A stretch of 64,000 bases of DNA. It comes from an uncultured Acidobacteriota bacterium. GTDB lineage: Bacteria > Acidobacteriota > Terriglobia > Terriglobales > Acidobacteriaceae. Both the position numbers and the translations under genes were made by a program. Numbering within the stretch: the stretch's first letter is position 1; each line of letters starts with the position of its first letter. The notes under the pieces are model-generated. The model did not search any database, was not told the origin of the DNA, and was given only the letters and a program-made list of their open reading frames with translations. The DNA lies in contig CAVSOD010000013.1 of NCBI GenBank assembly GCA_963729415.1, positions 14,784 to 78,783 of the forward strand, read 5' to 3'. Of this stretch, positions 63,002-64,000 are shown in pieces.

Positions 63002-64000
63002 ATGTGCGCATTCGCTCAGTCACCGGTCTGGTCTCGGCTAAAGCGGTTAACGATAGGTCTTGCGTTGATCGCCCTCCTCTCGTCGATCTTGCTGGTTTCC
63101 GACCTTGGACATCGAAGGACGGCTGCCGCCGCCAATGCGGGCGCAGGCGGCCGGAAGTTCAAAGTTGCGATTGTGTACTACGCGCATGGTGTGAGTAACG
63201 ACTATTGCGTGAATGGTCTCCTCGAGGGACTCAAGGCCAGTGGTCTCGAACAGGGAAAGAACCTGGAAGTTGTGAAGGCAGATGCGCAAGCGGAAATGAT
63301 CAATATCCCAGCCATTCTTCAGAATTACGACAGCTCCAATGTCGACCTGATCATGACCATTTCGACGCCGTGCCTTGCCGGAGCGTGCAACAACGTAAAG
63401 CACAAAAGAGTGGTTTTCACCTGTGTGAGTGATCCGATTGCTGCGGGAGCTGGGAAGAGCCACATGGAACATTTGCCATTCGTGACCGGGGTCGGCAGTT
63501 TCCCGCCGGTGAGCCACATGTTGGATTTCATGCAGAAACTGGTGCCAGGACTGCGTGCTGTAGGAACGATGTACAACCCGGCGGAAGCAAATTCGGTGAA
63601 GGAGCAGGCGGTCGCGCGCGAAGTATTTCAGAAACGCGGTATCAGGCTCGAGCAGATTGCCGTTAGCGGATCAAGCGAAGTGTTACAAGCAGTCCAAATC
63701 CTGGCTGGGCGCGACATCGAGGTGGTGTGGTTGCCCGCCGACAATACCGGTATTCAGGGATACGAAGGCGCAGTGAAGGGTGCGAAAGACGCGCGCCTTC
63801 CACTGATTACCGACATATGCTCGGCGCTGCCCCGCGGCGGTCTGGCGTGCCTCGGTGTGGGAATGCAGTACTCCTCATTGGTCGCCGGAAAGCTGGCGGG
63901 CCGCGTTTTGCTGGGTGAGAATCCGAAAGATATGCCTATCGAAGAAGTTGCCGTGGAGGAAATGGCGATCGTCCGAAGCAATGCGGCGGAATTGGGTATC
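63002..64000 (+). CDS. ABC-transporter substrate-binding protein (ABC_sub_bind type), 3' end outside window
   Basis: An open frame absent from the ORF track because it runs off the edge: MCAFAQSPVWSRLKRLTIGLALIALLSSILLVSD...KFKVAIVYYAHGVSNDYCVNGLLEGLKASG...VVWLPADNTGIQGYEGAV.... 333 codons without a stop. Confidence 0.65.
   Translation, partial: MCAFAQSPVWSRLKRLTIGLALIALLSSILLVSDLGHRRTAAAANAGAGGRKFKVAIVYYAHGVSNDYCVNGLLEGLKASGLEQGKNLEVVKADAQAEMINIPAILQNYDSSNVDLIMTISTPCLAGACNNVKHKRVVFTCVSDPIAAGAGKSHMEHLPFVTGVGSFPPVSHMLDFMQKLVPGLRAVGTMYNPAEANSVKEQAVAREVFQKRGIRLEQIAVSGSSEVLQAVQILAGRDIEVVWLPADNTGIQGYEGAVKGAKDARLPLITDICSALPRGGLACLGVGMQYSSLVAGKLAGRVLLGENPKDMPIEEVAVEEMAIVRSNAAELGI

Noticed and set aside
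1-64000. CRISPR arrays, rRNA/tRNA genes, prophage or defence-system gene sets
   Set aside because: Reading through the window I saw no regularly spaced direct repeats, no rRNA/tRNA-like conserved blocks, and no nuclease/helicase/methylase-type ORFs. A computational repeat scan would still be needed to exclude short or degenerate repeats.

Overview
This window looks like a chromosomal segment from an Acidobacteriota-like soil bacterium. That is an inference from gene content: CarboxypepD_reg-type TonB-dependent receptors, a CRTAC1/ASPIC FG-GAP protein, giant TPR proteins, a Ser/Thr kinase fused to a TolB-like propeller, and c-type cytochrome fusions. All domain calls come from reading the translated ORFs and recalling family motifs; no database search was run.

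Layout:
- 1-3.6 kb: an M48 peptidase pseudogene followed by a scar of dead mobile elements. These are an integrase/IS91-transposase chimera, an orphan ORF and a decayed rve transposase.
- 3.5-26.3 kb: a non-phosphorylative L-fucose/L-rhamnose (6-deoxyhexose) catabolic regulon. It carries FucP, two SDRs, L-fuconate dehydratase, an FAH-family hydrolase, a cog3618-type lactonase, RhaM and a RhaT-like permease. A TonB receptor, an 897-aa TPR protein, an IclR regulator, a heptaheme cytochrome-TPR fusion and a CRTAC1-like protein interrupt it.
- 26.3-32.8 kb: a tightly packed IclR-led operon (MaoC, leaderless SBP-fold protein, MaoC, RraA-like aldolase, split UxaA/SuyAB-like dehydratase) facing a frameshifted family-III CoA-transferase. 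I consider this the best candidate for an undescribed catabolic system.
- 33.5-58.7 kb: a SusD-less glycan-utilisation locus. It holds a TonB receptor, a GH38-like giant, GH31, esterases, an oxidative sugar-acid module, a ROK kinase, two tandem cupin-type phosphoglucose isomerases, an MFS porter, a Tat-exported orphan and a DeoR regulator.
- 58.8-64 kb: a 1.1-kb ORF-poor gap, a kinase-propeller gene and a partial ABC substrate-binding gene.

Three otherwise ordinary genes carry single disabling lesions, and none of the lesions lies in a homopolymer. I saw no rRNA, tRNA or CRISPR array.
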